From contig NC_092344.1 of NCBI RefSeq assembly GCF_963676685.1, positions 72,416,001 through 72,480,000 of the forward strand: a DNA stretch of 64,000 nucleotides, read 5' to 3'. The DNA is from Mytilus edulis. Taxonomy: Eukaryota. The position numbers and the translations under genes were made by a program. Under the pieces are notes generated by a model. That model was not told the DNA's origin. It ran no database searches and saw only the letters and a list, made by a program, of their open reading frames with translations. Shown one piece after another: positions 1 through 14,645 of the stretch (position 1 is the stretch's first letter; each line of letters begins with the position of its first letter).

Positions 1-1361
1 GAACCAAGGTCTACCCCCTTAAGCCATCTGCAACTGAGTTTTAGTTTGTTCTTATGTTGTGCTGTAACACTACTGTCCCATGAAAGGGAAAGGTTAAGGG
101 CTAACAATTTCTTTAACTCATCCGCCTTCTTTATATTTGCCTGTCCCAAATCAGAAGCCTGTAATTCAGTGGTTGTTGTTTTTTTATGTTTCATATTAGT
201 TTTTCATAAATTGTATTGTACAAATTAGGCAGTCAATTTTTCAATTGAATCTTTTTTTTTTATTTTTTTTTTCTGGATCTGTTATAGGTGACTTTAAGGC
301 ATCTTTTGTCTGCACAGTGGCAAATTCATAATTGCATTTATCTTCATTATTTGAACTCTACTAGATTGTTTTCCCAATAGCAATAGTACTTGACATCTTC
401 TTATTTTTATATCAAATAAGATAAAATCAATTTTAACTTACTGCGATTACTATATTTCCTACTCTTAACATTTTAATTTCAAATAATTGAAAATTGAAAA
501 GCTGTTGATAACTGTTGACTGTGGTGTGTAACAAGTTGAATATACCCTCTTTTAGAAGTACCCATATTCAGTTAATAGGAAGTTGATAGGGATGGTTGAA
601 AAAGCATCAAAAACAATCAAATGCTCACAAGAAGCTAGATACAAAATGTCTGAAAGCTCTGAAATGTAGTTCCTGAAAAAAGTGTGACAAAAAAAATTCA
701 TGGGGCGAAAGGACAGAAACACAGATGACCATACAGCCAGACGAACTGATGAAGGATGGGAAAAGACATAAACCGATTTATATATATATATATAATTAAA
801 ATTCTACCATCTAATTGATTCAATATTTATCCATTTGAAACAAATAAATTTACATACATTAAAATGCAAGATTTTAAAAGCATTTTAAAATTAAACTTTT
901 GATGGTAGACAAATATTGTTGTCACAATCGTTAAGTGGTAGAAGTATTATTTACTAACTATTTAATGGAAAAGTTTAAGTGCGATACTCAGAATATATTT
1001 GGCAGGAAATTGCAGGAGACAAATTTATTCAAGTGTGGTATATCAAGACTGATGAAAGAGGTCAGAACCAGTTTTAATGCGTGTAGTTTCAAAGAAATTG
1101 AAATATAATATATCAAAAAATTTTAATTGTCACAAGTGATCATAATTGGACAAAGTATCATATCACATTATAGAGAAACCTCTTCTAATAACTTAAAAAG
1201 AATGAAACATTCTGTCCTTTTATTGATTCTGTTAATGAGTCTACATGTACATACTTACAACAAATAATAATTTCAATTAATTTCAAAATATTTCATACTG
1301 AACAGTAAATTTGTTATATTTGTGAATGGTGAAAACAATTATATAAATATTGAGAGAAGAT

Positions 1362-2474
1362 AACTAGAGGCTCTAAAGAGCCTGTGTCGCTCACCTTTAA
1401 AATTTACTATAAAGGAAAAAAAATAACTCCTTAGGGGGTCAATTGACCATTTTGGTCATGTTGACTTATTTTTAGGTCTTGCTTTGCCGTACATTATTGC
1501 TGTTTACAGTTTATCTCTATCTATAATAATATTCAAGATAATAACAAAAAACTGCAAAATTTCCTTAAAATTACCAATTCAGGGGCAGCAACCTAACAAC
1601 GGGTTGTCCGATCCATCTGAAAATTTCAGGGCAGATAGATCTTGACCTAATAAACAATTTAATCACAGTCAGATATGATCTAAATGGTTCAGTTTTTGAG
1701 TAATAAGCCAAAAATGCATTTTGCCCCTATATTCTATATTTAGCCGTGGGGCCATCTTGGTTGGTTGACCGGGTCACCGGACACAATTTGTAAACTAGAT
1801 ACCCCAATGCTGATTACGGCCAAGATTAGTTCAATTTGGCCCAGTAGTTTCAGAGGAGAAGATTTTTCTAAAAGATAACTAAGATTTATGAAAAATGGTT
1901 AAAAATTGACTATAAAGGGCAATAACTCCTAAAGGGGTCAACTGACCATATCGGTTATGCTGACATATTTGTAAATCTTACTTTGCTGAACATTTGTGCT
2001 GTTTACAGTTTATTTCTATCTATAACAATATTCATGATAATAACCAAAAACAGCAAAATTTCCTTAAAATTACAAATTCAGGGGCAGCAACCTAACAACA
2101 GGTTGTCTGCTTCATCTGAAAATTTCAGGGCAGATAGATCTTGACCTAATAAACAATTTTACCTCGTGTCAGATTTGCTCTAAATGTTTTGGTTTTTGAG
2201 TTATAAGCCAAAAACTGCATTTTACCCCTCTGTTCTATTTTTAGCCATGTCGGCCATCTTGGTTGGTTGGGCGGGTCACCAGACACAATTTGTAAACTAG
2301 ATACCCTAATAATGATTGTGGCCAAGTTTGGTTAAATTTGGCCCAGTAGTTTCAGAGGAGAAGATTTTTGTAAAAGTTTACAGACGACGGACGATGGATG
2401 CCGGACGACGACGGATGACGGACACCAAGTGATGTGAAAAGCTCACTTGGCCCTTCGTGCCAGGTGAGCTAAAA
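1362..2474 (+). mobile_element. HINE/DINE-1-like non-autonomous element with an internal ~0.5 kb tandem duplication
   Basis: Starts AACTAGAGG. Internal duplicated block (about 1400-1905 and 1905-2370), GACG/GACGG microsatellite, and a 3' palindrome AGCTCACTTGGC...GCCAGGTGAGCT followed by an A tract. Confidence 0.65.
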
Positions 2475-3189
2475 CTTAACTGAAAGATTGTCTTTTTTTG
2501 CAATAACAGGAGTCAAATTATGACTCTTTTTAATTTTTGCAATAATAGGGGTAAAATTATGACTCTTATATACATTATATACCTCTTCCTTCAAAATTAA
2601 ATAGGTAAGAATTTTAAAATATTTCAATTTCTTGCAACAGTTTCTACAAATATTTTTTGTCTGGCAGAAAATTACCTTTTTTCAAAATTATGACAATTCG
2701 TGCAAATTTTTGAATAACTATATTCATAATCGTAAGCAATCAAAAAATAATGTAAAATAACATCTTTTCATATTATGATATATTATCAAACAAATTTCTT
2801 TCTTAATCAAGTACATGTCTGAAAATTGTCTGATACTTTTGTACATGTATATACACTTTTTAATAATGAATATATGTACATGTATATCATAACAGAATAT
2901 TTTAAATACAATCAAAGGCAAGATTACATAGAATAAATCATTCAGAAGATTGTCATGAAAATTTTATATCTGTGGCGTATTTCAGATATTTTCCTAAATT
3001 AGATAATTCCGATACATTCTTTGTTGACAATAATTGAACTAATTCAAAAACAGATGCATTTGTATCATAATACCTTTTTATATACATTTTTCTAATATTG
3101 TCATATTGTGTACAATGTACACATAACATATGTAGTGCAATAATTCATTTCAGCATTGTTCATTTGTATTCATATTTAATAATAATAAC

Positions 3190-3230
<41 letters not shown>

Positions 3231-3341
3231 TACAAACAAATAAATACATATAGATTTAGATAACAGAAATTATAACAAAGTTTTATTTCATTCATATTTC
3301 ATGTCTTCAAAATCCCAAACATAACAAACATGGTTACATAT

Positions 3342-3485
3342 CAGGGGCGGATGCAGCCATTTTAAAGAGGGGGGTGGGGTGTGTTTCCAACTATATGTCC
3401 CCATTCAAATGCATTGATTGACCATAAAGAAGGGGGTTCCAACCCCCAGACCCCCCCCCCCCCCCCCCCCCTGGAACCGACACTG
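3342..3485. mobile_element. MITE with CAGNGGCGGAT-type termini and a 5 bp TSD (CATAT)
   Basis: Imperfect TIRs CAGGGGCGGATGCAG...CTGGAACCGACACTG, flanked by CATAT on both sides. Confidence 0.7.
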
Positions 3486-4184
3486 CATATATATATGGCA
3501 AAACAAAACTTGCCTTTTTGTTATTCTTTAAAAGTACTCAAACCCGGAACAATAAATCATAACCTATATGACCTAAGATCCCTAGAAGTAGAAAAATATT
3601 GACAAATATTGGAGTCTCATGTAAAAAATTATGTACATGTACTGTTTATCTTCCCACACATAATGCAGCCTATAGTTACACACTGACTTTGGGAACATAC
3701 AGTAACAATAAACAATTCTTGAACACAGTCAGGACTCAGGAAGTATATATTAAATAAACATCCAAAAATATCTTTTTAAAATGCACCAATGGACCACAGA
3801 ACAAAATAAAATATCATAACAAAGATTGCAACTTCCCAAAATTAATACATACTTTTTTTTAAATGGCTGTTTTACTTTGAGACAGGTTTTGTTTTGTTTT
3901 TTAATCTAAAACGTACCCTGCAAGCTTCACATTATTTTTAACAAACAAGTTTTGTATTAGAACTGATATATAATGACAAAAAAACCTCAATAGGAATTTT
4001 GTCCCTTTTATTGATCAAAATATTTTAAAATCAAATCATCAAACCAAACACTTTTTTCTTCACATGACTGAAGCCACACAGGAGCTCATCACAGAGGTGG
4101 ATTCTGTGTCGACAAAAATATTGAAATCCCAAAACTTTCAATAGCAAACTTAAACTCTTACGAAGATTTTACACTACATGTATT

Positions 4185-7100
4185 TCAAAATAAAGCCTGA
4201 ATGAATGGTCCAAGCTGGCTATAATCTTGACTCTGAGTAGTGGTCTGTTGTCCAGCAGATGTCATAGGAACCTGAGTCATAACATTCTGTATGTATGTCT
4301 GATGATCTTCTGGAATCAAGGTCACAGGGGTTACTGGACTAGTGGCTGGTAGAGGGCGTGATGTAGAAGTTTTATTGATCTCGTCACTCGCCATGACCAG
4401 ATGTTCCATTGTGATTGGTACTTGAATTGTCACGCCTTCTAAACCCCCATGACCAAACTGAGCCTGTCTTATTTCTTCTAATGTGAGAGCGTGTGCTCCT
4501 GAGTCATGAGTAATACCCTGGATCGTATAACCAGAATGATCCAAGTTTTTGACATACACTGCTTGATCTATGCCTAATTTTGATTGAGTCATTATTAAAT
4601 TGTTTGGCGGTATTTGAATTTTTCCTCCTTCAGTCAGAATAATCGGTGGTGGTATTTGCTTAACAGGTTTTCTTATCCTTGGTTTTGATGGACGACCTTT
4701 GGTCTTTTTCTCTCCATTTGGGTCATGACTTTTAGTAAGATGATACTTTAATTTGTCTTTTCTATTCGTACTATAATCACATAAAATACATTTAAATGGT
4801 TTATCACTAAGATGTATTTTTTCGTGTCTCTTAAGATGACTTTTCTCTATAAAGCTTTTACCACATTCTACACAAACATAGCTACGTATACCCAGATGTG
4901 TCCGCATGTGACATTTTAACTGACTTCTCTTTGGTGTTGTGTAATTACATTTTGGATGCTCACATTTGAAAACTTCACCTGCAATAAATTAAAATCTTTA
5001 TCAATACAAAGGACAAGCAGTGAAAATGACCTCATATGACCTAATTTTTTTTAAAATTTGAAATTTGTATAAAAGTCTTACATTTCTGTCCATTTTAAGC
5101 AGTTTTAAATTACAATGACAATACAATAATGTATAGAAATTCTTAAAATCATTTTCATTTTCAATGATTTGGGATTAAAGTCCTTTAGGATGGTAAGTAC
5201 CGGTATGCTTTATTTTATCACCTTGCACCTTCAGAATTCATCACTTAACTCTGGTTTCTTGTATTTATACTATAAATTCAATATGCACAAACTACCTCAA
5301 AAACTTATTGTCAAATTTAAAATCAAATTATTTTTTTTGCTTCTTTGTTAGATTACATTTGTAAATGTATATATATTTGTTTAAATTTATTAGTCATTAT
5401 GTCTATGATGTATATTTAAACAGTTTTGACTGCTGGATCTCAATTATTGTCACTTCAACCTATTATGTCTGTTTGGGTTGCTAACCCAATTTTGATAATA
5501 TAACTAAACATAGTGCCTGATATTCATATGATGAAATCATAATCTTTCAATCAGTTTAATTGAAGTCTGGAGCTGGCATGTCAGTTAACTGCTAGTAGTC
5601 TGTTGTTATTTATGTACTATTGTCATTTTGTTTATTTTCTTTGGTTACATCTTCTGACATCAGACTCTGACTTCTCTTGAATTGAATTTTAAATGTGCGT
5701 TTGTTATGCATTTACTTTACTACATTGGCTAGAAGTATAGGGGGAGAGTTGAGATCTCATAAACATGTTTAACCCCGCCGCATTTTTGCGCCTGTCCCAA
5801 GTCAGGAGCCTCTGGCCTTTGTAAGTCTTGTATTTTTTTTAATTTTAGTTTCTTGTGTACAATTCGGAAATTAGTATGGCGTTCATTATCACTGAACTAG
5901 TATATATTTGTTTAGGGGCTAGCTGAAGGACGCCTCCGGGTGCGGGAATGTCTCGCTACATTGAAGACCTGTTAGTGACCTTCTGCTGTTGTTTTTTCTA
6001 TGGTCGGGTTGTTGTCTCTTTGACACATTCCCCATTTCCATTCTCAATTTTATACATACAACTGTAGTACTAGTGGGAGATAAAGCTAGCTATGCAACCA
6101 GTTTTTATGTGTTTGAATTTGCCTAAAGTTTGATATTTTTGTTATACAATGTACTCTTTGTAGTATTTAGCCTTAGAAGCACCTGATCATTCTTTTAATA
6201 AAGAGTGCAGCATTTACACAGTGCTATATCATCAGTGCCTTATTTCATGTATTTACCAGTACTAAATTAAATAATCCAACTCAAATGAGAACCAAAAAGG
6301 GACATATTTTAATTTAACAACTACACAAATGTATAAACATGATAATTTTAGATCATTATTTTTTTTCTATCAATATTGATGTACAGAATAGATGAATCCA
6401 GTCAAGGCATTACTAAGTGCAGTCTGTCATTTCTTGTTCTTTTTTTTTTTTACTGCAGAACATTTTTTTTTAATGAATCACCACATTCCATATTTTACAT
6501 GCATGCATCTTTTTTTTCTTCTTCAGGCTTAAGATACATGTATGCTTCACATGTAATTATTGTTTTTTTTTATTTAAGGAATGACTGTAATATTTTTTCT
6601 GTCTATGAAGGAATAACACTAGGACACTGAATAACCCTCGTAGCGGGTTATTTAAAGTGTGCACCACATTTTTTATGTTATTTCGAATAGGCAGAAAAAA
6701 TATAACAGTCGTTTCTTATAATTTAATTCTTAAATCCATTTTAAACCGGAGTAAATCATGAAAAAATGTTGATGACATCACTGTCACATGACAAAACTAT
6801 GTCTATGGGCTGATAAACAAAACAACATCAGCCAATCAGAAGACGTGTTACATCCAAAATTAAATTATTACAGAAAGACCATCACAGATTTAAAAAAATC
6901 TGAGCTATAAACACTTACATGACTTGCATAGAAATAAATGCCATGAACAAATTAAATAATGAACAAGAATGTGTCCCAAGTACACAGATGCCCCACTCAC
7001 ACTATCATTTTCTATGTTTAGTGGACAGTGAAATTGGGGTAAAAACTCTAATTTGGCATTAAAATTAGAAAGTTCATATCATAGGGAACATGTGTGCTGT

Positions 7101-10100
7101 TTAAAGTTGATTGGACTTCAACTTCATCAAAAACTGCAGAGCAAAAACTTTAACCTGAAACGGAACGAACGAACAGACAAACGGATGAATGAACGGACGA
7201 ACTGACCCACATACCAGAAAACATAATGCCCCTCTACTACCTTGGGGCATAAAAATAACAGAATTAAACATACCTGTGTGTGTTCTTTTGTGAGCTGTTA
7301 AATGTGATTGATATTTAGTTGCAAATCCACAAAAGTCACATAAATATGGTCGAAGGTCATCATGGATTACCAAATGCTGATCAAGTGTGTTCTTCACAGC
7401 GAATGACTTTGGACAGTGTGGACACTGAAATGGTCTCTTCCCTGTAAAATAAATCAAACATTTCAAATAACTTATAAGGATAACAATTCCTTAGTTATCC
7501 AAGAGGACAAAATATTTAACTTGCAGTTCAATTTCTTTTTTTCCTCCCAACATTAACAACAACTCTATTGGAAAATTTTAGCCTATTGCTCATGTTCCTT
7601 TCGCGATATTGATATTTTAAGTAAATTGTGGGTCATTTAAATTTTCATACCAAGGCAGTGAACTAAATATATATCTGACTTATAAATATATATATATATG
7701 TAATTTACCATTTATGCATTTATTTTATGTAATTACATTCATTCACATCTAAAAGAATAGTGAACAAGATGGGAAATACATGTAATACAAAGGAATATTA
7801 CCACCCCAAAAAAGGAAAATTTCCAATAGGGAAACAAAATGGTCTTTTGTTTAAATTTTGTAACAAGAGCTTCCAGTGATAAAATGAGATATCCAAATCT
7901 AGAAGAGGACAAATTTTGCGGTTTATATAAGATGTACCTATTCAATTCAGATTTATCATAACAGAATTCTTTACAATTTAAAGTTGAGCTATAAACTGTA
8001 ATATATTTTTTGAAATCAACCATGCTAGTTTTCTTTTGAGTAAACCAGGTTTAAACTAACCAATTTTGCTATTTTAATCATGTTAATAGCTATCTGCAAA
8101 TTTTTTATTACAAGAATATTTGTATCCTTTTACTACATGTACAATAATCACCTGTATGAGTCTTCTTATGAGCGTACAAATTATTTCTCGTTCTGAATCT
8201 GGCATTACAAATCTCACAAGCATAAGGGCGCTCTTCGAAATGTTTCATTCTGTGAATTAACAATGTTGGGAACTTTTCTGTAGAATAATCACATCCATAC
8301 ACTTCACAATGAAATGGTGGGCCATCAAAGTGTTTTTTCATGTGATCACTGTATGTCCTGTTGGATTTTGTTTCAAATGCATTGCACACAGTGCATTTTA
8401 ATAGAATATCGTTTTCATGATTCCATTTTAAATGTTTTCTTAACCTGCCTTCTATCTTTGTACTATAAGAGCAATGAGGACATTCTAATTTGACCATATT
8501 GTATATAGGGGTATTCTTTTTCTTCTTGGAACCCTTTTTCCCCTCATTTTTCTCTGTATCACTACCATCTTCCTCCTCCCCCTCCTCCTCAATTTCATGT
8601 ATATAGTCTTCATCTTCCTCTGCATTTTCATCTTCTTCGAATTCATTAAATTCTTCATTGTTCTCCTCATCTTTCTCTAGATCTTCCTCCACATTATCTT
8701 GTGTCGATTCTTCTGTATTATTTTCTGACTGACCTTGACTTTCTCCTGAAGGTTGTGGTGATGACCTTGGCTGATATTCAGGTTGAGTATAACTTCTACT
8801 AACTATTAATGTATCTTTTGACATAATTTTAATTTTCTTTTTCACTTTTCCTCTTATACTTTTGTTTGGAGTTTTCTCAATTTCTGGTGTCAATATTGTG
8901 CTACTTGTTTCTTGTTCAACAGCTTCCCCAGACTGGGAACCAGTTACTTCATTTTCATTGGTTGCTAACTCATTGTAATTTTCTTCATTCTCTTCAGGTT
9001 GAAAGCTTTTATCGGATTCATTTATAGGCTTTGCAGTATGAGATTGTATGTACATGTAAGACATATTGTCTGTGTTTGTCCCTGTGTTCAGCTTTATGTG
9101 TCTTGTTGTCGTACCAACTGCAGTAACAGCTATAAAATCATCAACCTCTGGTAAAATCAATCCTGAGGTCACAACTTCTGTAAGCAAATGAGAATAAGTG
9201 TGTCTCAATGATGAGAATGTTTCAGTATACGGACCCAAGGAAATCCCAGAGCTGAATAATGTTTGCAGCAGAAGGTATAAACTTGATTCATGAGTTGTGA
9301 AGAAATTTTCAGTGCGACTGATCTCTAGTAGAAAGTCTGATGCAACAGATGACCAATCAATGTGTTTTAATAATAAAACCAAGAATTTCTCTCGTGGTTG
9401 AACTTCAAAACCAACCCAACTTATCACCAAGAATAATTTCATTTCTGGTTTTAATTTCAACATGCATCCTTTAGATAGTAAAGCATGAATTTTTCCAGCT
9501 TTCATTTGTAAGAATTCACTCTGCTTTACTGCATCTGATAAATTTGACTGTAAAAATCCGACTAGAAATTCTTCAAGTTCATCTAAACTGTATTTCCTTG
9601 ACAGGAAGTAAGTACTGACAAAGTTCCCCAGATGTAAGTTGCATCGTAAAAATTCTTCACAATAACTTTTCAGTAAGTCTATCTTGAAGCTAACAGCCAA
9701 ATGTAACAATTGAAGAAAATTTGTTTCTCTTGGAGCAATTGTACCTGTGTACAAAAATTCCAAAAAATCAGCAAATACTTCATAGCTATCATAGTGAACA
9801 ATCAGCAAGTCTTTGTCAACAAAGTCTGTACTAGTCAAAGCGTCATCAAAATATGGACTCCAAGCAGCAACCAATGACTTGTGAGCAATAAACCGCATGC
9901 CTTTAACCTCAATAAACAAATCGCAATACCTCCCTACGTCTCTCAATTGCTTTAATTTTTCAAGTATCATTATCTGTGGTTTTGGACGTTCCTGGTTGGC
10001 ACTATTTGGACTGTTACTAAAGTTTGTAGAACTAGGAGGAAATCCAGTTGATGGAATAACATCCACATTGTGAGTCAGTGGCACAGGAATGAAGCTGATG

Positions 10101-10189
10101 TGTTGTTGTGTTGTCATTACTGACGCATTCATCCCAGAGCTGGTATACAGCTGTTGGCTAAGAGATTGGTTGGAGGTGCTGAACGACAT
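4185..10189 (-). CDS. BTB/POZ-BACK domain and C2H2 zinc-finger transcription factor (ZBTB-like); coding exons 10189-8152, 7441-7274, 4978-4185; about 999 aa
   Basis: BTB (YCDLFIEVKGMRFIAHKSLVAAWSPYF...FLEFLYTG), a BACK-like segment, an acidic region and nine C2H2 fingers with HTG-type linkers. GT-AG junctions at 8151/7442 and 7273/4979 are both phase 1 and join ORFs 8108..10189, 7101..7466 and 4185..4907 in frame. Confidence 0.9.
5513..6053 (+). repeat. Interspersed host repeat (related copies at about 50-410, 13320-13710, 22975-23060 and 23430-23640 inverted)
   Basis: Shared blocks TGTTTAACCC.GCC, TGTCCCAAGTCAGGAGCCT and a 3' GTTGTCTC.TTG.CA..C..ACC.CAT end seen in several copies within the window. 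Confidence 0.6.
6962..7256 (+). mobile_element. Short HINE-like element in a ZBTB intron
   Basis: AACAAG start, ACGG/ACGA microsatellite, 3' hairpin ATGCCCC...GGGGCAT and an A tract. Confidence 0.55.
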
Positions 10190-12213
10190 CTTGGATCACT
10201 AGAGAACTGTTATGGTTTCACCTATAAAATATAAGAAAGGTACATGTATTTGCAATGCACATACATGTATATGTATGTCACAAAAGAAATTTTTTTTTAA
10301 CATACATAAAAAATAATGTGTACAATATTATGTTATGTGAATTATCACAAAAACCTGATGCTAAATTTTGTCAGCAAAGGGGGATAATTCAATTAATTTT
10401 CTTTTCAAACTTTGAATTATCTCCCCTTAACATCTTTTAAAAATAATCCTTACACCAGCTTACAAATGTAAGCACAATCTATTCAATATGTTTATTAATT
10501 TATTTTTTTGTGTTGACTCACAAAAAATTCCCCATTTCCATTCTCAATTTTATTTAGATTAAATTTGTAAAATATTAATTTTCTTTTCAAACTTTGAATT
10601 ATCTTCCCTTTATATCTTTTAGTAAATTTGACATATGACAGACAGAAACTTTATTACATAATTTATAAAGCATTTAAATACAAAGAATGAAGCATCCACG
10701 TCTTCTTCTTTCTCAAATATTCAATAAAAAGTGTGTTAAAAATATTGGACATGTCCAAGTCTGAAACTGACATGCTTTATAAAACAGAATAAAAGTCATT
10801 ATTTGACCTTGTAGTCAATGTACAGTTACATTACATTGTACCTACATTGTATAGAATCATTAGTACATGTATGACAATAAAATGTCTTCTGAGAATTTAA
10901 TTTTAAAGCTTTTTGTTACATGTATCAAAGATTTTTTTTGTAAAGTATAGACGTAGTCTTTATTTTTTACTCATATTTTCTTTAGACAATAACCATGTTA
11001 ATAAAAGGAAAAAGAGCATTGCCTATGTATAAATGTTGTCTCACGTTCAAGTACAAAAAAAAATGTAGATGCAACTGCATGAGCTTTATATATTTGTGCA
11101 TGGGTCGTGAAGTTAACCAATTTTTGTAACTCTATGAAAAATTGAAGAAGTCATTAATCCCAACACTAATAATAATGATAATGACTTCATGAACTCTGAG
11201 ATTGGCTGAGTAATAACTTCTATTATTTTTTTCTTTTGACAATAATTTTATTTCTCCTGATTCCTGCTTAGTTTTTTATCATTTCTATTTTCTGTGCAAT
11301 GTTTTAGAGATTGTTACATCATGTGTTTCCCTACGTGTATTTACGCTTAAATTTCCAAATTGTTATCATATTTTTTTTTTACAGGAACTGCAGTTTTATT
11401 CTTTCAGTGGGTGTCTCATTTTTGTGGATGTCTGATCCTGGATCTCATTTATTATTAAGTGAGAATCGCATATAATTATCCTGCTTCTCTTTCATTGGTG
11501 TTGCCAAAATAGCCCGTTAATGTAATTTCCTGTGTCCTGCTGGACTTTGTTTCACATGTTCTCCCTTTATTATGTGACTTTATGTGTCAACAACACGCTT
11601 AAAAAAATCCATGTCAGCCTTAAGTCTCCAATATTAAAGACCCCAACTAGCTGCTACTACTGAGTGCTTAGCTGAGTGCATCTCATTTGTGATTCACAAA
11701 ATCTGCAAATTACTGATATCTATTTATTTTTCACATTTCGTTCCAGATCCAACATGTGTAATGACTTTTTATTATATTGACTTTTATTGTATAATTTACA
11801 AGACAGATGTAATCAGAATTGTGCCTACAAAACATGCAAAAGTAATCCATATTTTTGCACAGTCATGACAGTAGAGATCAATTACACAAAAACATGACCT
11901 GCAAGATAGGACATCAGATAGCACCAGCCTCTTTAGGCATTGCAACAGAAAGTAGAACCATCTTCAATCTATTTTACTTTTTTAGGCATAATTTGCATAT
12001 TTTGTGAAATTCTTGTTATTCTTCCTTTCAGCTATAATTTTTTTTTATTTATTTGTTTCCTTATCTAGCATGTCTAGTATTTAACAAACAAGATTTGCTA
12101 TTATGACATACACATGTATGCAATATGCCAAATAATTCGTTTGTGTATTGGAAATTTTCTTTTGTTATGGTAGGTGTTTTTCAAGTGGACATTCTCCCTG
12201 TATATTGAATGAA

Positions 12214-12554
12214 ACTTACATTTAAAACTATTGAAATGATCCCCAGCTTTATCAAAGCCACAGGAAATGACGTCATAAATTCATAATCTCGTCGCAAAGA
12301 TAACATATAAATTTGTACATAAATAAAATTTTATATTTTTCTGACGTGACTTTCATATTTAGGTTCAAAATGGTATTTTATGTGACAGATAATTTCTTTT
12401 AATTCAAAGACAATTTTATTTAGAACGGAACCGGATATTGTTGCTCATGGTAACTATGACTCGGTTATAAACCGGGAGTTTGACGATGTTTTCTAGATTT
12501 TATGATATTTAAACACTCAATCGTATAATTTCAATGATTTCAAGAAGAGTAAGT
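12214..12554. promoter_or_regulatory. Putative bidirectional promoter between the ZBTB-like and SMKR1-like genes
   Basis: Locally more CpG. ETS/CRE composite CAGGAAATGACGTCA at 12261-12275 and RFX X-box GTTGCTCATGGTAAC at 12440-12454. Outward-facing GTAAGT donors at 12219 (-) and 12549 (+). Confidence 0.5.
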
Positions 12555-12777
12555 TTACTAATTTAGTTGTTCATTTCACCCAAATAGCTGTCATAAATAG
12601 AATAAATCGAAAAAACTCACAACTTCTTGATAAGCATCTTTTTGCCACAAGCACTTGTCTTCTTCTTCTTTCTTCTTCTTCTTCCTTCCTCTTCTTTTTG
12701 CCACAAGCACTTGTCTCTGACTGTCTTTTATTAAAACGTGAAATTATGTCTTATTTCACGTTTTTTTCGTAATTTAA

Positions 12778-13219
12778 AGAGGGTTGTAAAGGGGGGGGGG
12801 GGGGGGGTACTTGCACGAAAAAAACGTGAAATAATTTCTGTAATGAACGTTGCACGAAAAATAAATACTTTTATGTGAACCTTTTGTGACTGAATCACTG
12901 TCTTCATGTGCATATTAACTCTTTGTTTTACTTGATATTCCTGATTTAGTATACAAATTTATGATATAATTGGTTTACGCTTTTTAAAAAGTATTTTTTT
13001 GTCAATCCCTGTCAAGTGTTTGAATTTTATTTGAAAAATACCGAGCACTCAAAATAAGACTTTGAAAATCACGATGCACGTAAAATTAAATAAGCAGAAC
13101 ACGTTGAATGAGGCACCTGTCTTGCACGACTGAACGTCAAATAAAAAAGTAAAAACACGTTGAACGTGAAATAAAAAACAGTGATCACATTGCACGAAAA
13201 TAACCTGTTACCACCCTCT
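12778..13219. mobile_element. MITE with a TTAA target duplication (Kolobok/piggyBac-type target)
   Basis: AGAGGGTTGTAAAGG...CCTGTTACCACCCTCT inverted ends with TTAA on both flanks, and internal CACGTTGCACGAAA-type repeats. Confidence 0.6.
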
Positions 13220-14454
13220 TTAAAGATAAACCTTTTTATAGGTATCTTTGTGTATTATAACCTATAGAAATGCATGATTTTTTTTTGACGAGAGACTTGC
13301 ATCACAAACCAATGTCCAGCTTCTGTTGCGATACATTCTTGAATGTTGTACTGTTGTACCACTGTCCCAGGTTAAGGGGAGGGTTGGGAACCCACTAACA
13401 TGTTTAACCCGGCCACATTATGTGTGTATGTGTCTGTCCCAAGTCAGGAGCCTGTTATTCAGTTGTTATTGTATGTTTATGTGTTACATATTTGTTTTTC
13501 GTTTTTTTTTTATAAATAAATAAGGCCGTTAGTTTTCTCGTTTGCATTGGTTTACATTGTCATTTCTGGCCTTTTTTAGCTGACTATGCGGTATGGGCTT
13601 TGCATATTGTTGAAGGCTGACGGTTACCTATAATTGTTATTTTCTGTGTCATTTCGGTCTCTTGTGGAGAGTTGTCTCAGCAATCAATGAATCATACCAC
13701 ATCTTCTTTTATATATTTTAAGATAACTTACAATGTGAGAGGGATGCATCCTTTAGGAATGCGGTTTACTGTTTTGTGACAGAAATTTTGCTACTGTTAC
13801 TCAGTTAGTGACAAATGTAATATGAGGCAGAGAAAGGTGACGAAGTCCGTATCAATTACTTTTTTTTCCTCCTAAAATATTTTAAAGTTAAAAAAGAATC
13901 ATAAATACCGTAATGTTTATGATGTTGGTCCCTTTTACTCAAAGTCTCATGCCAAACGAGACTGGAAGAAAGAAAAAAAAGGTTTCTGCACAAATGCGGG
14001 AAATTAAAAAGTGAGAAAAAAAGTTAACAATTTGGAGTTCATTAGTACATCGAAAATTGTATTTTTTTCTTTTTAATTATTTTTTAATGACTTTTCTACT
14101 GTTTTAGCAGGCTACATGTATGTCCCCTTATTACATGAATTGACATTCATCAAATCTCATTTCATTGTAACAGTTATTGTCAAATGCAGCAAAATGTTTA
14201 TTGTTAAAACATTATTGTAAATTTAAGAAATAACAAATATTTTACTGTCATAAGTAAAGAAGCCAGACCGGGTACCCCAATATCCCTACCCTCATATGAT
14301 CTCATATGAGGCTGTCTGTAAAAGGACACCCTGTCAACTGAGCCCATTTTAAAATTGGCTCTACAAACTTGGACTACTAGAAGAATTATGATTAAAGATG
14401 CAATTTACTTTATTTCAAATTTATTATCAATTTAACTAAAAAAAATTAAACTTT

Positions 14455-14625
14455 TTACAAGAAATAAATAATTTTTAACGTTTTACAGGAAATAAATACT
14501 TTTGAACATTTTACATGAAATAAACAATTTTGAACACTTCAGACATTGTCAGACTTATATGAAATAAATAGTTTTGAACATTTACCTGAAATAAATAATT
14601 TTGAACATTTAACAAGACCTAAATA
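14455..14625. repeat. ~29 bp minisatellite (GAAATAAATAATTTTGAACATTTTACA)
   Basis: About five degenerate tandem copies are visible. Confidence 0.7.
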
Positions 14626-14645
14626 AAAAGTATGTTATCAAGCAA

